DNA of 64,000 nucleotides from a bacterium (GTDB taxonomy: Bacteria; Zhuqueibacterota; Zhuqueibacteria; Residuimicrobiales; Krinioviventaceae). The DNA lies in the NCBI GenBank assembly GCA_963693055.1, contig OY843751.1, positions 5,504,001 to 5,568,000 on the forward strand, in the 5' to 3' direction. The notes below the pieces were generated by a model. That model did no database searches. It was not told the DNA's origin and worked only from the letters and a program-made list of their open reading frames with translations. Shown in pieces: positions 19,771 to 30,040 of this stretch (its first letter is position 1; each line of letters opens with the position of its first letter). The position numbers were made by a program, and so were the translations under genes.

Positions 19771-22700
19771 TTATTCGGCAGGTACTGCCTGTTCATTTTG
19801 GGTTATTTCCAGTGCAGAATCAAATTTGACCGAAACCACTTTTGAAACACCCTGCTCTTGCATGGTTACACCATATAGCTGCTTTGCAGCCCGCATGGTA
19901 AGCTTGTTATGGGTAACAACAATAAACTGGGTATTTTCCGAGTATTCCTGCAATGCCTTTGCAAAACGGTTCACATTTAAATCATCCAGTGGTGCATCAA
20001 CCTCGTCAAAAATACAAAATGGACTGGGTTTTACAAGATAAATGGCAAACAAGAGGGAAACAGCGGTCAATGACTTTTCACCACCAGACATAAGTGCCAA
20101 TGAGGATAATCTTTTACCACCCGGTGTAGCAAAAATATCAATATCTGCCTCAAGTGGATCATCACCCTCTCTCAGAACAATATCAGCTCTCCCACCCTCA
20201 AAAAATGTTTTAAAAACCTCTGAAAAATTCTTTTTTATTTCTTCAAATGTACCAACAAACTTGTCCCTGGCCGTTTTGTTAATCAGGGTAATTGCGTCTT
20301 TAAGATCTTGGCGCGCCTTGATTAAATCGTCTCGTTGGGTTGTTAAAAATTCAAGACGTTCCTTTTCCTTTTCAAATTCTTTCAATGCTAAAAGGTTTAC
20401 AGGACCAAACGCTTTAATCTTTTCTTTTAACTGCGTTATAGTGTCTTTAGTTTCAGCATAATCAAAATTTTCTTCAACAAGTTCTTTTTTTAATGTATAT
20501 TCATATTCTTCAATCATTCTGCTTTTCAGGTTCTCTACATTCATTTTCAACTCTGAAATGCGCAATTCTACCTGGTGAACAGATTCAGACAATACTTCAG
20601 ATCTTGATCTTATACTTTTAATATCTTTTTCATTCACATCAACCTGAACGTTGATCTGGTATTGCTGTTCTTTTAACGATTCAAGACTTTTATGTATCTC
20701 TTCCCGCTTTTCTGCAAGCTCTTTAATATTTTCCTGATACGTTTTATTTATCTCATCAAGCTCTTCTATTTCTTCACCGGCACGACGTGTTTCTTCTTCA
20801 CGAAGCTGGATCATCCGGTTCGCTTCATGCAACTGATTTTGTAAGGAATCAACCTCTCGCTGACGAGATTCATAAACACTTTGCATTTTCGCAACTTTGA
20901 CCTGCATTTCCTGAACTATGCCGGCTGCCTGATTCAACTTGTCTTCAAGCACCTTTTGTTCTTCATTCAAGACCTGGGTCTGTTCTGCAACTTTTTGACG
21001 CTTGGTTTCAATATCCTGAGTATCTGAACTTTTATTTTTCAGGTTTTCATCAACCTGCCCCATTTGTTTTATCAGGTTTTGCTTTTCATTATCCCGGTCT
21101 TTTAGCAGCTCTTTAATTGATTGCTCTTCAAACTGCATTTGACCCAATTCAAGACGCTTTGACGATACAAGTTCTTCCAGGCTATGAATAGAAACGGACA
21201 ATGCCTCAGCTTCGGAAGCAGCTGCGCTGATCTGCTCATTGCGTTGAGCAATAATCAAACGTCTCTGTTCTACAGTTGCTTTCAACTGTTCAATCTCTTC
21301 CAAAAGCTCTTTTAATTGCTCTTCACGCCCTACAAAGTCCAGTTGCTTTTTATTCAGGCTACCGCCTTTAACAATACCCCAGTAACCCAGTACTTCTCCA
21401 TTTAATGTAACCAGGTTGGTTTTATGTCCTTTAAAAGAATCAAACAACCTGTTGGCAGTTTCAAGATCTTGCACAATCAAAAAATTACCGAGAAGTAAAT
21501 CTAAAATGGGTTGATATTGAGGTTCACATTGCACAACCTGGTTCGCCCAGCCAATAATTCCCAGGTCATCAATTTTGGGTTGATCAAGCACGGATGCTTT
21601 AATTCGTTTAAAAGGCAGAAAAGATGCTGTTCCCTTTTTATCCTGCTGTAACAAACCAATACCGTTAAAAGCTGTATTCATATCTTCAACGATCAAATAT
21701 GTGGCAGCATCACCCAATGCGGCGGCAACTGCCGGACGATATTCTTGCGGCATGTGCAAAAGATTGGCAATAGCACCAAATGTATGAAAATGATCAGTCT
21801 GATTGGTGGCAAGATATCGAACCCCTGCCGGGTAATCCTGGTAGCTTTCCAGCAACCGCTTAACCATTTCAGCCTGATTTTCAAGCACTTCAATACGGTT
21901 CCTGTCCTGCATCTCTGATTTTTGCAGACTTTCCAAAGAGCTTTTTGCTTCAAGGGTCTCTTTGTTTATTTTATCAAGGTTACTTTTTTTCTTTTGTAAC
22001 TCTTCTTCAAGGGATTGTTTTTGTTCATCAGTAGATTTGATCTGCTCAACCAACTCGCCCAGTCGTCGGGTTTGGTTTTCGCTTTCTTCAGTAATCTGCT
22101 TTAAACGGCTGCTCAGGTTTTCCTCGGTAGCTTTTAAGCGCTCACCTTCGTTTTGGGTACGGCTTAATTCTTCGGTATACCGAAGCACGAGCATTTCCGC
22201 TTCTTTTACCTGACTGCGTTTTTGTTCATACTCTTCACGTAAATTTTTAAACTGATCGTTATGAATTTCATATTTTTCCTGAGCTGCCAAATGTTCTTTT
22301 TTGGCATTTTTTAGGTCATAATGAGATTCATCGCTGGTTGTTGCAAGTTCTTCCGCGCGGGTTTTTTGCACTTTTTGTTCTTCAACATAACGGTCGCAAG
22401 CTTCTTTCAAACTGCGAATACGTTCACTGTTTACAAGAATACGTTCTTCAAATTTTTGTATTTCGTGATTCTTTGTATTATAATCCCGCTGGCCTTCTGA
22501 TAATTTCTTTTCAAGATCCAGCAGTGTATTGCGAAGAGACTCGAAGGAAGTTTCATGCTTTACAAGATTGGTAGATATTCCTTCACGCTCATCACGTATT
22601 ACATTAAATTTTTCCTGCAAAGGATCAAGCTCATTCATCAATCTTGCATATTCATATTCTGCAAACAAAATTTCCAGTTTTTTCAACTCGCCGGAATATT

Positions 22701-23349
22701 CCTGATATTTTTCAGCTTTGGAAACCTGCCTTCGTAAAGACCGGGTGGTTTTTTCCACTTCTGACAAAATATCTTCTATACGAAGCAGATCTTTTTCTGT
22801 ACTTTCCAGCTTTCTCAAAGACGCTTTGCGACGAATTTTATACTTTGTTATTCCTGCTGCCTCTTCAAATATTTTTCTTCGTTCTTCAGGCTTACCGTTC
22901 AACAAACGTTCAACCTGGGGCAGCTCTATTACAGAATAAGAACCCAAGGCCATTCCCGTATCCATAAACAAATCGTTTATGTCTTTTAAACGACATTGGT
23001 TTCCATTAATCAAATACTGACTTTCACCGGAACGAAACAAACGTCGGGTAATCACAACCTCAGAATAATCAACAGGCAAAAGATTGTTGGTATTTTCGAC
23101 CTTGAGAGATACTTCAGCCATACCTACCGGTTTTGCGCTCGCGGATCCGGCAAAAATAACATTATCCATTTTATCACTACGTAAAACGCCACTTTTTTGC
23201 TCACCCATTACCCATCGAATGGCGTCTACTATATTGCTTTTACCACAGCCATTAGGCCCCACAATAGCCGTCATACCATCATGAAAAACCACATGAGTTT
23301 TTTTGGCAAAAGACTTGAATCCCACAACATTTAGTTCTGCTAACTTCAC
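19771..23349 (-). CDS. smc: Chromosome segregation protein SMC
   Basis: Walker A GPNGCGKSN, coiled coils around a hinge, MSGGE and FDEVDAPLD. GTG start. Confidence 0.98.
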   Translation of the reverse strand: MKLAELNVVGFKSFAKKTHVVFHDGMTAIVGPNGCGKSNIVDAIRWVMGEQKSGVLRSDKMDNVIFAGSASAKPVGMAEVSLKVENTNNLLPVDYSEVVITRRLFRSGESQYLINGNQCRLKDINDLFMDTGMALGSYSVIELPQVERLLNGKPEERRKIFEEAAGITKYKIRRKASLRKLESTEKDLLRIEDILSEVEKTTRSLRRQVSKAEKYQEYSGELKKLEILFAEYEYARLMNELDPLQEKFNVIRDEREGISTNLVKHETSFESLRNTLLDLEKKLSEGQRDYNTKNHEIQKFEERILVNSERIRSLKEACDRYVEEQKVQKTRAEELATTSDESHYDLKNAKKEHLAAQEKYEIHNDQFKNLREEYEQKRSQVKEAEMLVLRYTEELSRTQNEGERLKATEENLSSRLKQITEESENQTRRLGELVEQIKSTDEQKQSLEEELQKKKSNLDKINKETLEAKSSLESLQKSEMQDRNRIEVLENQAEMVKRLLESYQDYPAGVRYLATNQTDHFHTFGAIANLLHMPQEYRPAVAAALGDAATYLIVEDMNTAFNGIGLLQQDKKGTASFLPFKRIKASVLDQPKIDDLGIIGWANQVVQCEPQYQPILDLLLGNFLIVQDLETANRLFDSFKGHKTNLVTLNGEVLGYWGIVKGGSLNKKQLDFVGREEQLKELLEEIEQLKATVEQRRLIIAQRNEQISAAASEAEALSVSIHSLEELVSSKRLELGQMQFEEQSIKELLKDRDNEKQNLIKQMGQVDENLKNKSSDTQDIETKRQKVAEQTQVLNEEQKVLEDKLNQAAGIVQEMQVKVAKMQSVYESRQREVDSLQNQLHEANRMIQLREEETRRAGEEIEELDEINKTYQENIKELAEKREEIHKSLESLKEQQYQINVQVDVNEKDIKSIRSRSEVLSESVHQVELRISELKMNVENLKSRMIEEYEYTLKKELVEENFDYAETKDTITQLKEKIKAFGPVNLLALKEFEKEKERLEFLTTQRDDLIKARQDLKDAITLINKTARDKFVGTFEEIKKNFSEVFKTFFEGGRADIVLREGDDPLEADIDIFATPGGKRLSSLALMSGGEKSLTAVSLLFAIYLVKPSPFCIFDEVDAPLDDLNVNRFAKALQEYSENTQFIVVTHNKLTMRAAKQLYGVTMQEQGVSKVVSVKFDSALEITQNEQAVPAE

Positions 23350-23406
23350 TATTATCCTAATATTAAAAATTTATACAAAATCAAAAACGAATACCTAAAA
23401 CTAAAC

Positions 23407-23435
23407 AAGATACGACCCACAGCGTCAAAAATCAA
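23407..23435 (-). promoter_or_regulatory. Sigma70-type promoter for smc
   Basis: TTGATT-17 nt-TATCTT. Confidence 0.5.
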
Positions 23436-23549
23436 GTATATTTTCCGGTAAAATTTGTACCGCTTTCCTTCTGTAAGATAAATTTACTATAACCTGATAT
23501 TTTTTTTATTTTCATATAGATATATTATTGTTAAATTTATACAACAATA

Positions 23550-23897
23550 ATGAAAGGTACTTTAATGGAAAAAAATTCAAAACGGGTTTATTCCACCAAT
23601 CCTCATACTAGAATAGAACAGGAAACCCAGGCAGAAATTCCTGACAAGCCATTATCGGGGCAAACCGTCAAGATCCGTATTGACAGTAAAGGACGTAAAG
23701 GAAAAAGTGTTACGATTATTGAAGGATTACAGGTGAATCCAACCCATTTGAACGATATTGCCCGCCAGCTAAAACAATTACTGGGAACTGGTGGAACCGC
23801 AAAACAAGGTGTAATAGAAATACAGGGTGACAGACGTGAACAAATCATCACCCATTTGGAAAAATTAGGTGTCAAATGTAAAAAAGTGGGTGGATGA
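23550..23897 (+). CDS. yciH: SUI1/YciH family translation factor
   Basis: RVYST, KGRKGKSVT and LGTGGTAKQGVIEIQGD. Confidence 0.9.
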   Translation: MKGTLMEKNSKRVYSTNPHTRIEQETQAEIPDKPLSGQTVKIRIDSKGRKGKSVTIIEGLQVNPTHLNDIARQLKQLLGTGGTAKQGVIEIQGDRREQIITHLEKLGVKCKKVGG

Positions 23898-23918
23898 TCT
23901 CCCCCAGCTTTAGTCTTT

Positions 23919-25568
23919 TTATCGGTTAATAACTATATCCCGAATTGATAAAAATCCATCCAACCTTCTTTGTACCGTAAAAGAATTAGTATCTACAATC
24001 TTGATCTTTACCAGTTGATTTGTACCATTATCACCAATCCAGCATTCACCTGTTGACTTTTCTATGGTTAACACCTGGGGTTTAACAAACTGATAATTTC
24101 CGTTAAGAGCATGTTTTTGCAATACATTGTTTATTTCAAACAGTTCCAAATCTCCGCTTGCATTAATGACCAGCACCATATCAACCAAATTGACTGTAAT
24201 TACACCTAAAAGCTGTGGAGATGCAGACAATGGACTCACTGGCGCCAGCCGTTGGTATGTACCATCGCGGAAACTGAATCGTTCAATCTGATTATCATAC
24301 GTGTCAGCAATAAATACCTGAGATAAATCCACATCAGTCCGATGATGTATAAACAAATCCATGGGGCCATTAAAATCGGTTGTAAAATCCATTGCACCTT
24401 CGCCCATAACAGTATCTCCCAGGGCAATCATATGGTGTAACGAATCCGGCAGTGTATCAACGCCTTCTGTTATATTGAATTGAATTACACGGTTATTGCC
24501 TTCTTCTACTATCCACACATCACCATTATATTGATTGATATCTATTTGCGTTGGTTGTTCAAAACCATAAATGGTTTTCTCTACATTACCCGTGCGCTGA
24601 TCAATGACAGTAACAGTACCATCATTATAACTCAACGCCCACAATTTTTGTGTATATTGGTGTAACGCTATATCAATCACATGAGAAATTCCGGAATAGG
24701 TTTCAAGCTGATTGCCATTATAATCCAGCTTATATACCTGATCAGAACCCTGATCTGCCACAAAGCATCCACCTAGCTCGTCAACAGCACCTGCAATTGC
24801 AACAGGGGAAGAAAACGACTGTGAGGAAGTCAAAATCTTGTATCCATTACTGGTATATTTGGTCAGTGTTTTATGGTCGCTATCAACAACCCATAACGAT
24901 CCATAATTCGAGTATACAAGAACATCCAGTGTATCAGAAGAAGTAAAATTTAACTCATCAGAAACAAAAACCGCAATTTTGTAAACCTCCGATCCACCGG
25001 TATTTGATGGAGATGTCCAGACTGCTGTAGAATCTGTATCTTCAGCATGGTCTAACTCACCTGTCTCATCTAATACTTTGAATAAATAGGTCAACTCACC
25101 GCCTTCAGGGTCTGTAGCACTACAAGCCAAATTTACAGAGTTACCAGACACAACATGCTCAGAGCTCACGGTAAAAGAATTGATTTTGGGCGGAGCGTTA
25201 CCCACGTAAATGATAACTTCTTTATGGGCCACTCCTTCTTTGGTATCTGTTGCTGTAGCTATAATAGATACAGTAGCAGTATCCATGGGTGCAGTCCAGT
25301 CAATAGATGTACCATGCGTTTGCGACAATTCACCGGCAGAGACTTCCCAGGTAACGGTTACCTCGTCATTCTCATCAGGATCATAAATTTCAGCTGTAAT
25401 GGTCTGAGTGGTACCTATATCAGGAGTAGTATCTTCTACTTTTAATAATATAGTCGGACGGGTATTGGGTTCAACACCCGTTAATGTATCATATAATTCA
25501 CATCCCCACATACCAGAGGCCACCAGAACTATTAGAATTTTGAGAACGTGTTTCATTAAATTATCCAT
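23919..25568 (-). CDS. Lipoprotein with two Ig/PKD-like domains and an NHL-type beta-propeller
   Basis: Lipobox MWGC. Ig repeats (DPDENDEVTVTW, NAPP, ATDPEGGELTY). NHL-like repeats (WVVDSDH, FVADQGSDQV, WIVEEGNNRV, FIADTYDNQI, WIGDNGTNQL). Confidence 0.8.
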   Translation of the reverse strand: MDNLMKHVLKILIVLVASGMWGCELYDTLTGVEPNTRPTILLKVEDTTPDIGTTQTITAEIYDPDENDEVTVTWEVSAGELSQTHGTSIDWTAPMDTATVSIIATATDTKEGVAHKEVIIYVGNAPPKINSFTVSSEHVVSGNSVNLACSATDPEGGELTYLFKVLDETGELDHAEDTDSTAVWTSPSNTGGSEVYKIAVFVSDELNFTSSDTLDVLVYSNYGSLWVVDSDHKTLTKYTSNGYKILTSSQSFSSPVAIAGAVDELGGCFVADQGSDQVYKLDYNGNQLETYSGISHVIDIALHQYTQKLWALSYNDGTVTVIDQRTGNVEKTIYGFEQPTQIDINQYNGDVWIVEEGNNRVIQFNITEGVDTLPDSLHHMIALGDTVMGEGAMDFTTDFNGPMDLFIHHRTDVDLSQVFIADTYDNQIERFSFRDGTYQRLAPVSPLSASPQLLGVITVNLVDMVLVINASGDLELFEINNVLQKHALNGNYQFVKPQVLTIEKSTGECWIGDNGTNQLVKIKIVDTNSFTVQRRLDGFLSIRDIVINR

Positions 25569-25570
25569 TA

Positions 25571-26218
25571 CTATTTATAGGTTTCTGATACAATATAAAT
25601 TATTCTAGACAATACCGCTTCAAACGAAAAAAAAGTCTGATTTTCAATAATCCAGGTTGCAGAAGCATCAGGATCAATATAATTAAAATCGGATGTTAAT
25701 TTTTGCACCGTTGTCCAAGATGCTTTGTATTGACGTGTAAAATATTGTGATTGCGTTTTCATCAACAACATATCCCGCCAGTCAATATTCGTATCATAAT
25801 TGAATACATATTTAGGAAAAGATTTAACAAAATAATCAACGAGTGGAGTAATCTCGTCAAATCTCTCCTGATTAAATTTTGCCAGTATAATACCAGCACG
25901 GCAATCTGATTCAGGAGCAGCGTCTGTCATTGCATTTTCCAAAGCATTAATGGCAAGCTGATAATGATTGCTGCCTTTCATTAACAATGACCACCCTTTA
26001 CCCAAATTGGCATTACCATTTGAAGGTTCTTTAACCAGTGCCTGATCAAAATATGACTTGGCATTATCATATTTATAATTTTCGAATTCATTCCAGCCGG
26101 AACTCAATAGTTCGTCTACACTTGAACCTGAACCACCCGGGTTATCCGGTTCTGTGGGACTTGAACCGCAATGGAAAGACAGAATTCCAGCAATCAATAT
26201 ATACATTAATCTCTTCAT
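25571..26218 (-). CDS. TPR-containing lipoprotein
   Basis: Lipobox SFHC followed by GSSPTEP; TPR-like GWNEFENYKYDNAKSYFDQALVKEP...ANLGKGW. The ATG overlaps the upstream stop. Confidence 0.8.
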   Translation of the reverse strand: MKRLMYILIAGILSFHCGSSPTEPDNPGGSGSSVDELLSSGWNEFENYKYDNAKSYFDQALVKEPSNGNANLGKGWSLLMKGSNHYQLAINALENAMTDAAPESDCRAGIILAKFNQERFDEITPLVDYFVKSFPKYVFNYDTNIDWRDMLLMKTQSQYFTRQYKASWTTVQKLTSDFNYIDPDASATWIIENQTFFSFEAVLSRIIYIVSETYK

Positions 26219-29200
26219 CGTATCAACAGCACCTTTTGAGTTAATACATTATCTCTTGTTTGAATTTGAATAAAATATACTCCGGACGGAACAGGATTGG
26301 AAAATTTATTCATCCCATCCCATGAAAATTCTTGTATTCCTGTTTCCAGGGAATTGTATTCATGAACAAGTACTGCCTGACCCAGAATATTATAGATCCT
26401 CACATCTGCTTTACCCGCACCGTTCAATAAATAACGTATCTTTACACGGCTATTGAAAGGATTGGGATAAGATGCAATCTTGGCCTTTAAAACATACTCT
26501 TCAGTAGCAGGCATATCCGACGTTCCAAATGTAAATGACCTGTCCGTTTCAATGGATGCATAGTACATCCCTTCACCATCGGTACTGGTATTTACAGATA
26601 ATAGCTCACCGTTTTCTACATAATAAAAAGAATAATAATTGCTTCCGCTATTTACAGATGGTTTTGCCCGGGTCCAAACATTTTTACCAGGGCCATTATA
26701 TGACAAAGTATAAACTTTGTTTTCATTATTGGTTTCTTTGAGGATGTATACATCCCGTTCATTTGTAGTCTCGGGGATATCTACCAACAACTGCCGGTCA
26801 GAACTGGTCAGCGTTTTGCCCAAGCCTTTACCCAGAATCGTAGTTAACCACAAACTGTCCTTAACAGTCAATCCGCTTGCATAACCAAATTCAAGATTTA
26901 GCTTGTACAAGCCCGAACTTGACAGAATATAGGGAGATGTCCAAATCTTTTGTGTTTCTGTTGAATCAATCATTTTAAAATTCAACGCCAAAGAATCTCC
27001 GTCAAATTTAAAAGAATAACCCATATCCGAAACATTTGCATCTGCATTGATTACAAAATTAACCTTGTTCGACACAATAGAGTTAAAGAAACAAGAAACG
27101 TTCGTCTTTCGGGAGACCGTAACATTAATCAGGTTTGAGATTGAACTGGTATCCTGATTCGTTGCCTTAAAGATCACAGGAGATGTACCACTAAAGCCAT
27201 CTACACCCGAAATGGTTACCTGTGTTGTATTGCTATTGATATTTACATTCAAGTCACGATTATCATATTCGGCGGAAAATGTGATTTCATTCCCACCGGC
27301 AATACAAAAGCGATTTAAATATAGTGATGAATATATTTGTCCACTGCTAATCTCAATAGGTGGAATGGTTCTCCAAACGGGTTCTCCGCGTTTGGCAATT
27401 GTAACAATAACCGTATCAGATGTTGAATATCCGGCGAGGTTGGTCGCTGTAAAGATGACCATCTGATCACCAATTTTATCAAAAGTGGATATTTTAACAA
27501 GATTCTCTTCTGTTTTCACAATATCTAAATAGAGATGATTATAATCAATACGCCAGATAATCGACGAGTCCGGTGTTGAAAAATCCCAAACATAATCATC
27601 AAGATCCACATATTCCTGAGGTATCAGCATTTTCCAATAGTAATACGCATCCGGCAATGGCGTCATGAAAACAGGATTAGGATTGTACTCGATACAGTTT
27701 ACGTACAACTTTTGAGTTGCTATATCTCCATCTGGATTTTGCGCAACAATGTTCAAACTGTCAAGACCCAAAAACACAGTATCTGCCGAAATGGTAACCT
27801 TGTGTGTTAATGAATCAATTCTTACTCCTTTTAAAGAGTCACCGCCTGAATACCCAAAAGACAGTTCATCAATAGAATACAGAGGATCAACAACATAATC
27901 GTTTAAATCCAAAACATCCAAATCCATACCCTGCATAATGGTCACTTGCGGGAACGGAAAGATGGAAATTTGATTTTCAGACAAAACTTTTAACAACGTT
28001 TTACCGGAATCCCTGTTTTCATTACCGGCAGAAACCGTGACATAGAGTTCGTCAATTGCCAAATGTCCGTCAATAGCTGAAATGGTTAATACTTGTTGAT
28101 CTGAATTGTAGGATAATATTACATTTGTATCTTCCTGTAATGTTTTTGAATCCAACACTTCAAAAGACCAAATCAATTCAGATTTTATATTACTGGGATA
28201 ATCAACATAATTATTTAGGAAAATATCTTTTGATTGTCCCGAAATCACTATGATAGTAGGAATAGGTAACAACTTGACCGGAGTTGGCTGAATATTCACC
28301 GTTACGGTAGAAGAATCCATAGCCATTTCATCGTCCATTACGGTAATTTTGATATCAACATTGCCTGAGAATTGAGAATTCAAGGCTTCAAGCCTTAATA
28401 CATTGTCATTAACAAATTCCGCTACCAGGTAATCGGTATTCATAGATTCCACTGACCAGGTAAATTCCGTATCATCCACATCATTAACATAAACACCATT
28501 CTGCATCGTAATTTGTTTCACTACACCATAGAAAACAGGTATGGGATCCAATTCTGAAAAATCCAATTCCGGAGGATCATTTATGGGTAATACATTAATG
28601 TTAATAGTTGCTCTTGTTGTATCATTCACCAGCCTTTGGACCGGATCCTGAACGACCAGTTCAGCGGTTGAATTGCCAGACCAATTCGGTGCGGCAGCAA
28701 ACCGTATCGAATCACCCGCCTCTTCAATAACAAGGTTGCTTGAACCGGGCGTTACTTCTATATCAGCATAATCATCATCCAGGTCTGTAAAGAAATAAGA
28801 CTTGGAGAGCATTATCACTTCATCTTCATTAAACGTTACCGTTGGTATAGAACTGTGGAATTCAGGGACATGATCAACTCCAACAGTAAATTCCTGGCTG
28901 TCTACATAATTGGTGTTTTTTTGCACACCTCGCACGTTCAGCTTGAGAACACCTTTGGTCGTTGGGGTTGTCGTTACCGTAACTAGCGTGTCATCAAGCG
29001 TGGGTACCGCTCCGCTCAGGGCTTCCTGTTCCGTCATGCTCCAGCTTATTTCAAAGTTGTCTGAATTACTGGTTACATGATTATTCAGATTCAACTCATA
29101 GTTTGTACCCGGTGCTATCAAAGTATCCGGAAATTCAGGATAAATTCTAAAACCGGCAATAAACATACTATAGTTCATAAACTTGCCAAAACGCTGCTCA

Positions 29201-29772
29201 TTGCTGGGCTCATCAAGTTTGTAATATGTTGTAAGGCGGTTGTCGTCATTTTTAAAGTCAAAGGTTATAGCGGTTGAATCATTCGCGTTATCTGGCATAC
29301 CCACAACTCGCAATTTAAATGATGCAACAATACCCGTTCCTTTAACACTGGGTCGAACACCATTCAAAATGGATCCGGTTGATTGATAATAATCCATTTG
29401 GAAATCATCAATTCCATTACCCCAGCCAGGCTGGTCTGACAAATGCAAACTGTCTTGGTGTGTACTGTTAATAACGGCATCACCGGTCATTTCTATAAAT
29501 CTACCCGGTGTAAAAGGTTTACCAAACGGAAGGTCACCAGGGAAAACAGGCTGTAAAAATTCAGGATCTATAGTAATATAAGACGTAACACCTGTAATTC
29601 TTTCCCCTTGGGTGTCAATCATAATGTTGAATTTGATCTCGTCACCGATATACACAAGACGCGATTGATTCATATCTGCTCGTTCAATCCAGATCTCTGC
29701 ATTACCGGCAAAAGCCAAAATCGGATAGGCAATAAATACCCACAAAAATAATACTAGTCTATTATTCTTCAT
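26215..29772 (-). CDS. T9SS/FlgD-CTD surface protein: N-terminal cohesin-like domain plus ~7 cadherin/Big-9-like repeats
   Basis: Signal peptide from ATG 29772. Cohesin-like GDEIKFNIMIDT...GVTSYITIDPEFLQPV...GTGIVASFKLRV. Repeats such as FNED, PNWSG, VLPINDPP and LDLNDYVVDP. C-terminal YPNPFN...IYNILGQ...SGVYF...QKVLLIR. Confidence 0.8.
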   Translation of the reverse strand: MKNNRLVLFLWVFIAYPILAFAGNAEIWIERADMNQSRLVYIGDEIKFNIMIDTQGERITGVTSYITIDPEFLQPVFPGDLPFGKPFTPGRFIEMTGDAVINSTHQDSLHLSDQPGWGNGIDDFQMDYYQSTGSILNGVRPSVKGTGIVASFKLRVVGMPDNANDSTAITFDFKNDDNRLTTYYKLDEPSNEQRFGKFMNYSMFIAGFRIYPEFPDTLIAPGTNYELNLNNHVTSNSDNFEISWSMTEQEALSGAVPTLDDTLVTVTTTPTTKGVLKLNVRGVQKNTNYVDSQEFTVGVDHVPEFHSSIPTVTFNEDEVIMLSKSYFFTDLDDDYADIEVTPGSSNLVIEEAGDSIRFAAAPNWSGNSTAELVVQDPVQRLVNDTTRATININVLPINDPPELDFSELDPIPVFYGVVKQITMQNGVYVNDVDDTEFTWSVESMNTDYLVAEFVNDNVLRLEALNSQFSGNVDIKITVMDDEMAMDSSTVTVNIQPTPVKLLPIPTIIVISGQSKDIFLNNYVDYPSNIKSELIWSFEVLDSKTLQEDTNVILSYNSDQQVLTISAIDGHLAIDELYVTVSAGNENRDSGKTLLKVLSENQISIFPFPQVTIMQGMDLDVLDLNDYVVDPLYSIDELSFGYSGGDSLKGVRIDSLTHKVTISADTVFLGLDSLNIVAQNPDGDIATQKLYVNCIEYNPNPVFMTPLPDAYYYWKMLIPQEYVDLDDYVWDFSTPDSSIIWRIDYNHLYLDIVKTEENLVKISTFDKIGDQMVIFTATNLAGYSTSDTVIVTIAKRGEPVWRTIPPIEISSGQIYSSLYLNRFCIAGGNEITFSAEYDNRDLNVNINSNTTQVTISGVDGFSGTSPVIFKATNQDTSSISNLINVTVSRKTNVSCFFNSIVSNKVNFVINADANVSDMGYSFKFDGDSLALNFKMIDSTETQKIWTSPYILSSSGLYKLNLEFGYASGLTVKDSLWLTTILGKGLGKTLTSSDRQLLVDIPETTNERDVYILKETNNENKVYTLSYNGPGKNVWTRAKPSVNSGSNYYSFYYVENGELLSVNTSTDGEGMYYASIETDRSFTFGTSDMPATEEYVLKAKIASYPNPFNSRVKIRYLLNGAGKADVRIYNILGQAVLVHEYNSLETGIQEFSWDGMNKFSNPVPSGVYFIQIQTRDNVLTQKVLLIR

Positions 29773-29830
29773 GTTTCCCAAATATTTTTTAAACCAAAAA
29801 CCAAAAAATCTTTCTGCTCAGCCTTTTATA

Positions 29831-29847
29831 TGCAAAGGGCATGCCAG
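29831..29847 (-). promoter_or_regulatory. Sigma54 (-24/-12) promoter
   Basis: Minus-strand CTGGCATGCCCTTTGCA versus consensus YTGGCACGNNNNTTGCW; GG-N10-GC spacing is exact; it lies about 60 nt upstream of ATG 29772. Confidence 0.8.
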
Positions 29848-29956
29848 CCCAGCGCCCTACATTACGCACACAACTCTATATAAAACAACATATTAAAACA
29901 ACATAAAATTCTAACAACAAGAATCCATCCACTTTTCAAGTAAATTAGATCATTAA

Positions 29957-29977
29957 ACCGGGTAGTTTTTACCCGGT
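29957..29977. promoter_or_regulatory. Perfect inverted repeat, candidate enhancer (UAS) for the sigma54 promoter
   Basis: ACCGGGTA-GTTTT-TACCCGGT, 110-130 nt upstream of the -24 element. Confidence 0.5.
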
Positions 29978-29980
29978 AAC

Positions 29981-30014
29981 AAAAAGGCCCCGTGGGATAA
30001 ATCCCACAGGGCCT
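29981..30014 (-). terminator. Strong intrinsic terminator of the large cohesin-dockerin gene
   Basis: Minus-strand AGGCCCTGTGGGAT-TT-ATCCCACGGGGCCT followed by TTTT. Confidence 0.88.
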
Positions 30015-30040
30015 CGCCATGAAGAGAATGAACCAGAAAT

